Notes: generated from the sequence alone by a model not told the origin. A stretch of 64,000 bases of DNA from Eledone cirrhosa (GCA_964016885.1 OZ024740.1:179614001-179678000); one strand, 5' to 3'. Positions 32,869 through 46,198 are shown, counted from the stretch's first letter. Program-made: numbers and translations.

Positions 32869-35800
32869 GGCGAGCTACGTAGTAAATCGTATCATCGTGA
32901 GCTCCCCAAAGGTTTGTTATTTTCAGTTATTTAAAATTGCCATTTATGGAAATTTTTTATTGTTAACTATATATAAGTGTACATAGATTGATTTCTGAAA
33001 AGAACACTCAAAAATATTGGGGCCTTGAGCCCAAAATTTAAACTTTTTATAATTATCAAATAAAAAAATGTTTCTTTGAAAAATAATGGATGACTCAGAT
33101 TCACTCCTTCCTCACAATCCACACCTCACACCGACACCACCATTGTAAACATTGCTACGTTTGCCAACACTGGAATTGTAAGCAGTAGCAATATTTTAAA
33201 TTTGTCTCAGGCTGACGTTCATTTCCCGCCATTACCAATGACTGCAGGTGTTAAAGCCGCCGCCACCACCACCACCACCACCACAGACACAACAGAAACA
33301 AAAGAAAAAATAAATTAACTCATGATATCGAAATGAATTCAACCAAAATGAACTCTTCCACACCGAACACCACTGACGCCACAACCACCACAACTGAAAC
33401 TAAAATTAACAATAGCAAAAATAAAGATAATAACAACAGCAACAATGAAATTAAGAAAACTACCCTAGGTTTTGCCAGAGTAGCAAAAACGTGCGAAGCG
33501 ATCCAGGTAAATCAGGAAGAATTAACGAAGCCAAAGGAATGGTAAAGAAAGATGGGTACAGGGTCAGCCTCACCCCCTCCACCTAATAAAATGGAGCAAC
33601 GTCGCCTATGTCTTATCGGACCGTGTCTTATTGGACAATAAACATAAAATCGCGCCGAGCGGAACGGGCATCTGAGTCCCAAATCCAAAAGGCTTTGGGA
33701 CATGTGTGGGCAAAAAAACCCACATCAGACGTGGGCAGAAGTATGGAACCGTGGACGTGCTCTTTGAAACACCAGAGGAGGCCAGAGAACACTCTATGGC
33801 CCCATTAAGAAGTGACGACTTCACACACATCCCAAGCTATTGTGGCCAGAGACTTGTGAAGATCAGGGTGACCCACGTTCCACCGGCCATAGAAATTTCC
33901 TGGCTAATTGCTGCCGTCCTCGCCGGCATCGAGGCCAACACCAAAATAATAGAAATAGCAAAAGAAAAGCAGGGGAACTGGTCCGGATCTGGGATGGAGC
34001 TCCTGATCCAAGCGGACCATACAAAGCATTGAGGAGATCCCAGAGGTAATAGACCTCACTGACGGCAGCCATCTCATCGTAATCGTCGAGGCCAGAAGAC
34101 CTAGGTGTGTCATTTGTGGTGAAGGAACCCACCTAAGGGCTTTCTGCCCTCAGGCTAAAAGGTTGAAGTCACCTCTCTTACCCACCCCAGTGACTCAACC
34201 ATCAACACCACCAGCATCAGAAATAGCAGCAACAACTGTTGCAGCAACAACAGAGGCAACTGTAACAGCAACAACCCCAGCAACAGTAGCAAAACCAACA
34301 CCAGCACCGCCCAACAACCTTAAATTTGAACAACAACCGATTATTACACTACATGCAACACACCACCAGCATCACAGAAAAAGACTACACAACAACCCAA
34401 AAGTTCACACCACCTCCACACATACAAATCACTGGCATCACACAGAAAACGTACACGACACTAAAACAAAAATTCCCCAAAGACATCGGAGACTTCCGAC
34501 AAACACTCTCCAGGAGGACTAATAAGGACATCCTTCCGGAGGAGGCCACAGGCAGTGAAAAGGATGGACGAACCATCCTTCCTCTACGAGAAGTAAGTTA
34601 AGTGGTCTTTCCCATCTTTTCCACTCCATTTCAACATGCTTCACTCAGAATAGGCAGCATAAATGACCTCAGGTCACTAAACATAGATGTAGTGGCCATC
34701 AGCGAGACCAGCATCTCCGAAGCACGGGCCTTCGCACCGATCTTCGGCGGCTACGATGTGTACGCATCTCCCAGCCGTCCGGGATCGGGGAGGAGGTGTC
34801 GATGTGCTTTTTCGGAGAGGTTTGGATCTCGCCATACGGGCCATCTTCCTGGACCCAGAAGGTAAGTTGGTGGTGATAGACGTGACCAGCGGAGACGGGC
34901 AAGCTTTCAGGCTAGTGGCCGTCTATGCCCCGACAGGAGCAGGGCGGCCTGATTTCTTCCGGCGTCTGGAGACCTTTCTCGGAACGTTCGGCTCTTTAGT
35001 GTTAGTGGGCGACTGGAACGGGATCTTAGATGCACGCTGGGGCTGTGTGGGATTAGCGGATAGGGGAGGAGGGTGCAAGAACCTCACCAACCTGCTCAGG
35101 CGTTTTGAACTGTCTGACAGGTACCGATTGGATTTCCCGAATGTGCCAATGTGGACTTGGACAAATCGCATAGGGTCATCCAGATCACATCTAGATAGAG
35201 TATTTTGTCGGGAAATAGATAGGTCTAGCATAGGCTGTCCACAATTCAAGATAGTCAGCTACACGGACCACAAATTCGTGATGCTTGCATTAGATAGGCT
35301 TCATAGACGAGGACGCGGCTACTGGAAGCTAAACGCGTCCTTACTAGCGCGCAAGACCTACAGAGACCGGATTAGCGAACTAGTTAAGCGGGCGTTGACG
35401 GGGGCCATGTCAACAACAAGGGGTGGTTTGCTCTGAAAAGAGCGAATAGAATAGAATCCATTAGATTTAGTAAGAATTTAGCAATAGAGAAAAATAGAGC
35501 AGAGGGAGAACTTGTAAGAACATTAGACGAGGCGCTTAGCAAAGGCATCTCGATCGACGTGCGTGTGGCGAAATTGGCCCTTGACCAATTCTTCAATGCA
35601 AAGCACGAAGGCTGCGTTGTCAGAGCTAGGGTGCGTGCTCGCAGACACGAGTGGTCGAAAGCCATTCAATGGGCCTGCGTGGAGGAAGCGCGTCGTGGCA
35701 ACAATGTCACGATCCGGTGTTTGCTGGACCACGACGGGCGCATACTAGTCGATCCCGGGAACATGTGTGAAGCTTTTCAGCGACACTTCGCTCAGTTGTT

Positions 35801-38243
35801 CGGGGGCAGCGGCGGGCCGGATCGAGGGATGGACTTTAGTGTCTACCTCGACGGACTGCCGCGGCTCGCCGCCACTGAGACGAAGTGTTGCGAAAAGCCG
35901 ATAACAGCCGCTGAAGTACGGGAGGCAATGACTAGCTGCACATGGGTAAATCGCCTGGTTTAAGTGGTCAGCCCTATAAACTTTACCTACAGATGCCAGA
36001 CTTGTTCGGAGGCCTCTTGTCGGACGTCTACTGCAACTGGCAATAGAACGGGAGAATTCCCAGCTCTGTGAGCTGAGGAGCTGTGGCGCTGCTGAGAAAG
36101 GAACCGAACAAGGGGGATAACATAGATAATTTTTGGCCCATAACTCTGCTAAACACAGAATTCAAGCTTTTGGACAAGGTGCTACAAAGAGGTTGGCGCA
36201 TATCGTTGGTGGTCTGGTGGGAGAGGCGCAGACATGCGCCAATCCCGACAGATCCATCCACGACACTTTCCACCTCATGCAAATCATCGTAGAGAGGGTA
36301 GCTAGGGAACCTGGCACGGGTGGGTCCTTCAACAATTTAGATCAGTCGAAAGCTTTCGATAGGGTCGACCATCGTTACCTAGCGGCAGTCCTGAGTGCGG
36401 CTGGCTTCGGGCCCGTGTCCAGAGGCTGGATCGCTGCCATGCACAGCGACAGCTGCTCTGTAGTGAGAGTGAACTGTCACCCTTCGGAACCGTTCAACAT
36501 CATGCGCTCAGTCCGCTAAGGATGTCCCCTCTCGTCCCTCTTGTACGTATAGACTCTCCAGCCATTACTGCACGAACTGGAGACGTTGAGAGGCGTCCCG
36601 CGCGAACTAGGATGCGGAAGATCCGTGTCAGCATATGTGGACGATGTTACCGTAGTGGTCTCGAACGCCAAACACATCGAGGCGATCGCACTACACTAAG
36701 AGAATACGAAGCGGTGACAGGAGCAATGATGAACCAGGAAAAGTCAGTGGGCCTGCAGCTCGGCACCTGGAGAGGCAGGTCCATGTCGTTCAACAGCGTC
36801 GTCGGGCGCTGGACGGACGGTCCAGTTAAATTGCTCGGGGTCTGGTTCTGTCCGGATCTCCAGACGGACAAACACTGGGACGAGCTGACGAGCAGGGTGG
36901 CTTCTCTCACCCAGAAGTGGGCCGAGAGGAAGCTATCCCTGAAAGGTCGAGCGGTGGTTGCTAACGCGTATATCGCGTCCGTCTTCTACTACCGCCTGAC
37001 CGTCGTACCTTGTCCTAAACCCCGCCTGACTGCCTTGGAGCGTTTGCTCTTTCGCTTTTTGTGGAAGGGACGCGCTCCGATGGTCAGGAGGTCCATCTGC
37101 TGTCAACACCCGCTACGTGGAGGGCTGGGCATGCCGTGGCTGATGATGCGCAGACACGCGCTCAGGCTACGACATCTCCACCTCTTCCTCGACGGTGATC
37201 AGGTGTGTTCTCCGTTTGCTAGATACGTCTTTCCCCAGCTCGTCTCCTTGACGGAGCTGCAGTCCTGGGTCAAGCGAAGACCGAGAGGGAGCGCTTGGAG
37301 ACTGGAATGTCTTCAGGCGCTCACAGCCCTCGACCAATAGAGAAATGTGATCGGTGGAAACTCCACCTTGGCGTTCTATAGAGGATTAGTGGAGGGGAAG
37401 AGCGGCGACATACTTGGGGAAACTCTAGGCACCGACGAAAATCAACTAGCCAATCTCTTCGGAAGAACTTTCGGGCCGGGGCCTATGGACAAGTTCGGGA
37501 TAAACTTGCCAGTTCGGGATAAACTTTACAGGCATGGAGGTGCCGTCAGCCGTGCATGTCCGAGATGCGCGCAGGGCGACGAAACCGTCCTGCACGCACT
37601 CGTCCAGTGTCCGAGCATTGCTGACTTGTGGGTTTATGTCGAACACCTGCTGTCACGTGTAGGACTGATCCGGCTATCAGCTGACTCCATCGTGAGGATT
37701 GCCCCGCCCTCTTCCTTTAGGCGGGAATGGCAGGCAGTTTTTATCTGTCTGGTGGCCATGACGAAAGAGATAGTATGGTGGACACGTTTGAAAGGGCTGA
37801 AGACGAGCACTTACCTCTTCGGTGATGCCCTGATTAACTTTTTTCAACTTTCATTTGAAAAGGAAAATCAGGGTAGAGAGGGAAGTGCTCTCTTCTCAGC
37901 ATTTTGTTGAAAGATGGGTGAGAGAAGCAAGTATGGCCCGAGTGAATGGGCCTACTCGGAGTATGTGTCTGTAAATTAAAGGTGGAAAACTGGGAGAGGG
38001 CACTTGCCCTGGTGGTCAGGGTAACTGTAGCCTTTTAATGGGCTTTCTCCACCAATGTCCCTCGGAAGTCTCCCCCCTATTGGGGAATTTGTCATTGTTA
38101 TTTTTTTGTTACATCCTCTGTTTTTTTTTTTTTTACACGCAGAAATTCCCATTTGTACAGTCCTGTATTGTCCTGTACTGTCTTTAATGTCTACTTTATG
38201 TAAACCCTTGTGGTTAATAAAGAAAGCATTATTATTTTATTAT
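32869..38243 (+). mobile_element. Degraded full-length Tx1-type LINE with a different 5'UTR and ORF1 (variant B)
   Basis: Starts right after (ATT)n; divergent ORF1 remnants at ~33086-34601 (GQKYGTVDVLF, CVICGEGTHLRAFC); ORF2 remnant at 34636-37974 close to copies 1-3 but with stops and frameshifts. Confidence 0.9.
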
Positions 38244-38246
38244 CTA

Positions 38247-38454
38247 GGGGGTGAATTGGCGGTGAATTGGCAGTATCAGTAGAGGGTTGGACGCCATGCT
38301 TTCTAGCATAATTACGTCCCTTTACGGTTCGAGTTCAAATCCCGTCAAGGATAACTTTGCTTTTCATCCTTACGGGGTCGATAAAATAAAGTACCAGTAA
38401 TGTACTGGGTAATTGCTGGCCTTGTGCCAAAAGTAGAAACAATTATTATTATTA
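38247..38454 (+). mobile_element. tRNA-derived SINE directly after the Tx1 tail
   Basis: Same A/B boxes, central domain and (ATT)n tail as 5933-6123. Confidence 0.85.
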
Positions 38455-39395
38455 TCTATATATATAAAACTGAGGATGTCCGTCTGTGTGTGTGTGAGTT
38501 TGAAAACCTAAAAATCGACAAACACCCAACCGACTATTTTCAACCTTTACACATGTTATACTTATCTTTCAGGGAGTGTTCTGAGCAAAAGAAATTTCAA
38601 ATTTTCAATGCCCCAGGGACTACATTAGGCGATTTAGCGATCTCTCTATAATTCTTTGTCTTTCTCTTTTTAGATAGATACATACATATAACGTCGCGCC
38701 TTATAATATCTGTCTGTATGTCTGGCTGAGGGCATTACGGCACTTCCCTGAGGATGTCTGTTTGTATGTGTGTGTGTGTGTCTATGTGTGTGTCTGTGAG
38801 TTTGAATCTCTAAAACTCGAGAAATACCCAACCGACATTTTTCAAACTTTGCAGGTGTATTACTTATGTTTCAGGGAGTGTTATGCACATGAGAAAATTC
38901 AACTTGTTGATACCCTAGGTCCCGCAGTAGGTGAAAAACTGTGTTTTGGGTTTTTTTTAGGGGATTTTTGAGTCGTTAGGTCAGACCGATTTCGTTGAAA
39001 TTGTAACTACGTACTAGTCAGTCTCGTCTTCATACCGTGAGCAAAGAAAATCTAACTTTTTTATGGCCTAGGGCCCGGATTAGGTGAAAAACTTCATTTT
39101 TTCAGCTTTTTAGGGCTTTTTTGAGGCGTTACGTCTAGCAGATTTTCCCCAAATTTCAAGGCGTATTATGCACATGAAAAATGTTTTTTTCTTGATCCCC
39201 TAGTGCCCGCATTAGGTGAAAACCTACATTTTTCCTGCTTCATCGAGGAAAATCTTAAAGATTATCCAGCCATCAGAGTATTAGGTTTATTTTCTTTACA
39301 TATTGTCCAGGCATGCAGTATTTCCACGATTAGGACTGTTGGCGGCCCGCGTTCCAAAATACCTTATCGCGTGCACCGCCGGGTACCACTTCTAG
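38455..39395 (+). mobile_element. Non-autonomous Helitron
   Basis: A|TCTATATATATAAAA start, GC-rich subterminal CGTGCACCGCCGGG, CTAG|T end; internal sub-repeats; related to 51366 and 53139. Confidence 0.75.
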
Positions 39396-39409
39396 TTATT
39401 AATGTTTTC

Positions 39410-39596
39410 TTATTTAGGTGCAATTCCAACAGTTTCGTGGGAGGGAAAACTCGATTTAATCAATCCCATACGTTACTTGTACTTTACCTTATCGACCCCG
39501 TAACGACAAAAGGATAAACTACCTTCGGTGGGATTTGAACTCAGACTGTAAAGAGGCCTAACACTATGCCACAAAGCATGTTTTCCGACGCTCTAG
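39410..39596 (-). mobile_element. Diverged tRNA-derived SINE
   Basis: TTATCGACCCCGTAA and GGGATTTGAACTC are reverse complements of the central domain and B box. Confidence 0.7.
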
Positions 39597-39822
39597 TGAA
39601 TAAGCATACTACTACTAATGATAATCATCGTATTTCATTTGCCACAAACATGTTGAAAATAGGTGTAAATTAAATGTTGAATAATACCAGAGTAGAATTA
39701 GGGGAAGTAGATCCACATAGGAGTCTTGCCTGGAAACAGGGTTCTATGACGAACTGAAGCAGAGAGTGGTTGCGTTGTGTGATAGATGACAAACAAATCA
39801 CATCCGTATTTCAATTACCATG

Positions 39823-40033
<211 letters not shown>

Positions 40034-41109
40034 TCGATATCGAAACAATTGCCATATGTAATAAAGATTATTTATGATGAAACCGTGATTTGTTTCCGCT
40101 TGCTTGTATATATACAATTTGTGTGTGTGTATGTTGTTTTCTCTTGATAAATGTTTCTGTGTATAGTTTGATTTGAAGTTTAATGTTAAATATTTTGGCT
40201 CAATATGACTAATGATTATTTATGTACCCGTAACCTTTTGAAGAAACACTAAGTAAATTGGTGCTTCTCTATAATTGACACCTGACTTATGAGTGTGAAA
40301 GTTAACGCTTAAAATGTCTTATTATTATTTTACAGATATTAGGACTAGATTATCCTGACATGGCAGCCGCTTTATTCAGGTTGATACTTTAAGTAGAGTG
40401 GTGTGTTATTGACGCATGATATGCAATTTAGGAGATAATGTCGGCATGGTTGTGGTTAAAATGGCATCTAGTCAGCAGTGCTGATCTCGATTTACAGCTT
40501 CCAATTCCCAGTTAAGTTGAAAGAAACCTTCGCACAAGCTGTTAATTGGCATGAAATTACATGATCTCCATGTTGTTACCACTGACAAATGTTTTTTGAC
40601 ATTTTATTGTCAAAGTAATGTGGTATGATTCGAACAATAGACATTCCATTTCGCTGACACAAAAACACACATGCATGCATATACATATGTACCTAATCTT
40701 ATATGCAAATAATAATTAGATTTCAACCTTATATCTCATAGCAATAAATAATATTATTAGTGATTATTCAAAGAAAATATCAATGTTATTCATTGTGAGT
40801 TCTTAAAGGGATGGTGGCAATAAGTGACAACGTTCGCTACCAGACTGAATTATCTTATTTATGTGCTGCATGATCTATATTTGAATGTCCACAATTTGAA
40901 TCGTTGATAAAAAATGTAAATACAACCCCATGCTCTTCAATCACCAACATCACCTCTACTTTAGACTATAGTCAGGCACGAACATATGAACAAATAAGTA
41001 TGTACACATATTGACGATACCAGTCTAAATACGATAGGAGAGGACTTGTTCGATGTCTGTTCTTGTAATTGGCTCTCTATTATACACACCGTCTTGTAGC
41101 ACAAATACG

Positions 41110-41430
41110 CCCATAAATATACATGCGGTAAGGGGAATGGTGGACAGAGATCAATAATTGATTTTGTTATTGCCTGATCTCTTCGATTCTTTGCTGGATA
41201 TTTTTTCTCAAGATAGCGGTTGTGCTGTCAACGGACCACCATCTTGATTTCTGCATCCTGAGATAACCTAAAGACGAGAAGGTCCGCCAAACTGGCAGAT
41301 CCAGCTCAACGTACATTATGAATTGGGAAGCATTGGCAGACAAGAAAGACAGGACCAGGTAGGCAGATAGTATTGCAAACTGAGAACTTTGAAACGGTGT
41401 AGAGACGGTTTCACTCGGAAACTTTTGCTT
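41110..41430 (+). pseudogene. Degraded LINE APE-endonuclease fragment (RTE-like)
   Basis: Manual translation gives HKYT, GQRSIIDFVI, LSTDHHL and NWEAL motifs across frameshifts. Confidence 0.55.
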
Positions 41431-41879
41431 CAATTGTTAAATACTTCTGACGAAAGCGGCTTAGTGTGACATCGCGAAGCTGGAAACATTCTTGTTTCAA
41501 TCAAAAGGTCAAATATGTTAACCGAGCATGAAGCGAGGCCTGGAAATATTTGCTTGGAAATATTTATACCTTCATGAATTTGCGGTAAAAAACAGAAGTA
41601 AGATGTCACATCAGAGAAAATAAAGTCTTCCAAAGTTGTGACATTAAACAATTATTTCAAAATTATGGCTAATTTGTACACGACTTAGTATGTATCAATG
41701 AGTAATGCTTTATTTAGCAGGATAAACAAGTTCGGTAATGTGTATAGAATTCAGGCATCAAAGGAAAAACAAACTCGCAGGAGACCCAGGCTAGATCCCC
41801 AGCAAGTCTGTTGATCTCGCTCAGAGATCCACCCGAATAGATTGGAGTTGGTTGCTTCTTGCAGGCACCGGTAGGCAGA

Positions 41880-41952
41880 GAAGAAGAAGAAGAAGAAGAA
41901 GAAGAAGAAGAAGAAGAAGAAGAAGAAGAAGAAGAAGAAGAAGAAGAAGAAG

Positions 41953-41982
<30 letters not shown>
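41880..41982. repeat. (GAA)~34 microsatellite
   Basis: Direct reading. Confidence 0.95.
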
Positions 41983-41983
<1 letters not shown>

Positions 41984-43076
41984 TATGGCTTTTATGCAAG
42001 TGGTATCCATGTTAACTATAGCCGATGCATTACATTTGATTTACATTCTAGCTGAATCAGACATATATGGGTATTTTTTTAATAAGTATCCCCTAATCAG
42101 CTGTGATAGAGCAGACCTATAATGAACCTGTTTTATCCATGTCCCCACTGTTTTTGATTCAGCCATTGAATATGTTATTGAAAGTGGTAGTACACTGTTC
42201 TTAGTTTTATATTTATTTATATTTCATTCTACAGTGCATCAGAAAAATTAAAATTACTATTCTACTTGAATGATTCCATTGATCGTATAAATCCATGTTT
42301 ATGCGTCCTTGAGGTTTAACTAATTCGATACTGTTTAGTTTCCCTTAAAATGTAGATCAACGTGAAAGAGTTAATTGTATATGGAGATAGGTTTTGTACC
42401 GTTTCATGCTGATAGAACATATAATGCAAACATTGTAAATAACTGAGCAATTATTTCAACATTATGGCTAATTCATACACGATATACATCAGTGGGTAAT
42501 GCTTTATTTGCAGGATAATAATGGTCTATAATGGGCATAGAATTCAAGCATCTATTGAAACTCCGGAAAAATAAATTACATCCAAGAAAACAGAAAAAAA
42601 TATGGAGATAAAACGTAAATGGTACTGACATTATCAAGAAAAGCAAAACTCAAAACACGAAATACTTACTTCAAAAATTGTACAACATTTATTTAAACGA
42701 TAATACACAACACCGTAGATGGGGCCACACATATCATTTGACAAAAATAAACTGCACATGACATACAGCAAAAGGATCAATTACGTGTCAAGATTAGATT
42801 ACCGTTTTGCATGAACCGATGTGTTTGTTGACTGACTATAGTCAATAAATTAAACAGAATTGTTTATTCACATGTTAACGAGGAAAATAAAATATAATGG
42901 GTGCCAATGTTCTTTCTACTATGCACATAAAATGTCGTGAACTGAAGTGTGAAATATAACTGCTTAAGGTATTGTTTCGTACCCTGAAACACACTCACCA
43001 TGAAACCAACTCAAAATACACACATTTATACATAAATACCCCCCTCTCACACACACACACATACGTATTCCCCGCC

Positions 43077-43143
<67 letters not shown>

Positions 43144-43153
43144 ATTCCCCGCC

Positions 43154-43234
<81 letters not shown>

Positions 43235-43282
43235 TTTATCCAGGGTTGAATCGGGGGTAGTATAAATATCTAATATAGAAAT

Positions 43283-43333
43283 GGCTTCTACAGGACTAGA
43301 ACTGATTCATTCGGGAGAAATCATCAGGAAGCC
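43283..43333 (-). ncRNA. Type I hammerhead ribozyme motif (one core mismatch) in a ~100-bp (TA)n-flanked element (43233-43334)
   Basis: Minus strand: GGCUUC-CUGAUGA-uUUC uccc GAAu-GAAU-CAG...CUG-UA-GAAGCC; 6-bp stem I, GUA site, GAAA mutated to GAAU. Confidence 0.65.
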
Positions 43334-43351
43334 CATATATATATACATTAA

Positions 43352-43540
43352 TAATTGTTTCTACTTTTTGGCACAAGGCCAACAATTATCCCAGTACATT
43401 ACTGGTACTTTATTTTATCGACCCCGTAAGGATGAAAGACAAAGTTAACCTCGGCGGGAATTTAACTCACATCGTAAAGGGACGTAACTATGCTGGAAAG
43501 CATAATCCAACCCTCTACCGATACTTCCAATTCACCGCAC
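43352..43540 (-). mobile_element. tRNA-derived SINE
   Basis: Reverse complement of the SINE consensus. Confidence 0.85.
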
Positions 43541-44934
43541 TGTATATATACATTAATAATGTGTTCAAATATAGAGCTAAAATAATGGAAAACAAAATCA
43601 CCCAGAGAAAGCAGACAACACTCCCTGATGCACAGTTCACCTCTCCTATAAACCCTCTAAAAAAGGGGAGACTCTCTAATTAACGCATCGCGACAAAGAC
43701 TCTTTAAACTTGCATTGTGAGAGCTAGTTGCTTGTCCTAACGTTTGTTTCCACTTCCCCAGGAGTCAACAATTGTGGCATCGAAATTTCACTTTATTTGC
43801 AGTGATTTTCGCGGCGGTGCTGATTTAAAGATATTATCCTCATCATCATTAATAGCTAAGCAAGATAACAAACTTTCAAAAGTTACTTTCTGACATCCTC
43901 ATTCTGCTCTCAATTTCTTACCTTCATACCATGAAACTTATTTTCCTTCTTCTGAATGGCTCCCATATATTCTGTATCAACACCAGACAGGAATGAAGAT
44001 ATTCCGTCATTCTGCTTTATCTCAAGAAAATCTGTGCCTTCAGATGGAACATTCATTCGTTCGTGAACGTCTTAGCTTGCAATGTCAACATTTTCCTCGA
44101 GATCAACTTTCCATATTTCACGGTTTAGAATTGTTTACCCAGTCAGCATTGATATTTAATTTTCAGGACTTGATACTCCCTATACAATTTCGTGATTGAC
44201 GTGTGGATGTTTGTTTGCATCGATTCTCTGGCTAGTTTTTGTTTCATAGCAACTGCAATTGTCTCTCTAGGTTCGATGTGATGCTAGAGAAAAGAAAACC
44301 CCCCAAAAACCCACTTGTTTCTTGGAGAGGAATCTGAGATAAATCCCTCCCTATCAAGCAGCCAAATGGAGTTTCTGCTTTTCATTTTCTTATTCCCTGT
44401 GAAAGATGAAAAGCAAGATCAATTAATCAATGTTATTTTAACTAACCGTACACATCTGGAATCCATTGAATCTATGAAAAGCAAAAGAGAAGAACATTAT
44501 TTCGTAACATTATAAGAATGAATGGAGCTTGGTGAAAATCAGCGTGTTTACTACTCGCTAACAAAACCAGCACTGAACCAACAATGCATCAAATCTAATA
44601 ACCTTGCAATGGACCTTGCATTAGAAACTATTTGTTAACTCATTACCTTTTGGAATTATCAAAACAAATATCACAAAGCAGACCTCCTCAACATAATACG
44701 AAATACTTCTATGTACGAATAATAAAAATACAATGAAAGCAAATCACAGACATAAACCTTTTTCTACACACTTAGTTTAAGTTTATGATTCATTTCTTTG
44801 TGTAACTGTTAACTATATTTGTATCTCCTCGTATTTTCGCCTGTGTAACTTTCCTGAAAGCTGAATTCAAGCGAAATCGAGATGAGGTGATTCTAAGAAA
44901 AAATGTTTCCTTATAAATAGGGAGCAGGCAACAG

Positions 44935-44982
<48 letters not shown>

Positions 44983-45075
44983 ACCAAAGATTAATATGGT
45001 TCATTGATTACTCAATAAATATAGTTTTACAATAGATTAAAAGCACTCTACAAGTAAAGATTTCTGGAGTTATTA

Positions 45076-45272
45076 TTATTCAGAATAATAATAAATGAAG
45101 ACATTCACATAATCAAAGTATATGTTTTATTATATATATTTCGAAGGTACTGTTCTGTTTTTTTCGTACTGACGAGGACGTACTGAAAAAACAGCAAATT
45201 ACCTTCGAAATATATATAATAAAACATATATTTTGATTATGTGAATGTCTTCATTTATTATTAATCTGAATA
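45076..45272. repeat. Fold-back inverted repeat (~90-bp arms) with CTGACGAG at the apex
   Basis: TTCAGAATAATAATAAATGAAGACATTCACATAATCAAA... is mirrored by ...TTTGATTATGTGAATGTCTTCATTTATTATTAATCTGAA; between (TA)n tracts. Confidence 0.85.
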
Positions 45273-45278
45273 TATATA

Positions 45279-45349
<71 letters not shown>

Positions 45350-45524
45350 GAATATGGTTTTATAAATATAGTTTCCATTTATTAATGTCTTGAATATTTA
45401 GACCACTAATTTGGTGAGTGCTTTATATCAGTTATAAACATTTATTTTTGTCGGAATTCCAACAAATTAAATACAACTTCTGCATATACATACATATATA
45501 TATATATATAAGACACACTTAAAG

Positions 45525-46002
45525 ATTAAGGTCGTAGAAAAGCCAGGAACTACCATAAAATCCCTGATCAGCAAAACATACCCTTTCAAGAAAACCTACT
45601 GTACAAATAGGAAATGTATTATATGTAAAGTAAACCCCCGGATAAATGTAAAACTAGAAACGTAGTCGAAAGTATAAGATGTACAGAGGGTACTTGCAGA
45701 AATATGACAACAACATACATAGGCGAGACAGCTCGTAGCATAGGGGAAAGGATAGACCAACAATGGGGGGAACTAAAAGGACGAGAAAACGGTTCAATAC
45801 TATAGGGCCACGCCAGACAACAACATGACGGTAACATAAACAACATAGAAATTAAAATAATATCTAAACATAGAAATCACCCAGCAGATAGGCAAATCAG
45901 AGAGGCAAGTGATATAGAACTTAGAAGGCCAAAGCTAAACAGAAAGAATGAATGGAATAACAAAAACACCCAAACAAACAACACTGACCTAAGAGGAATA
46001 TA
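45525..46002 (+). pseudogene. Penelope-like Cys-rich linker plus GIY-YIG endonuclease, one internal stop; absent from the ORF track
   Basis: Manual translation: IKVVEKPG..CTNRKCIIC..C..RNVV..IRC...C..YIGETARS..ER...SIL*GH...H...RQIREA..I....PKLNRKNEW. Confidence 0.8.
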
Positions 46003-46167
46003 ATTAAATAAATAAATATATACGCAAGCACAATAATAACAAACACATATAAACACACACTAGTAAACTAATATAGAATACAATAACCAAAACACAGTCA
46101 CCCAAACGCGAACACACACCAAACACTATACACACACGCAAACGCATGCGCAGAGAACAAGACCATA

Positions 46168-46198
<31 letters not shown>

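Noticed and set aside
41445-41510. CTGACGA...GGAAACATTCTTGTT, hammerhead-like
   Set aside because: No stem I pairing and a weak stem II
44850-44885. CTGAAAG CTGAATTCAAGC GAAA TCGA, hammerhead-like
   Set aside because: Core lacks a base and stem I does not form
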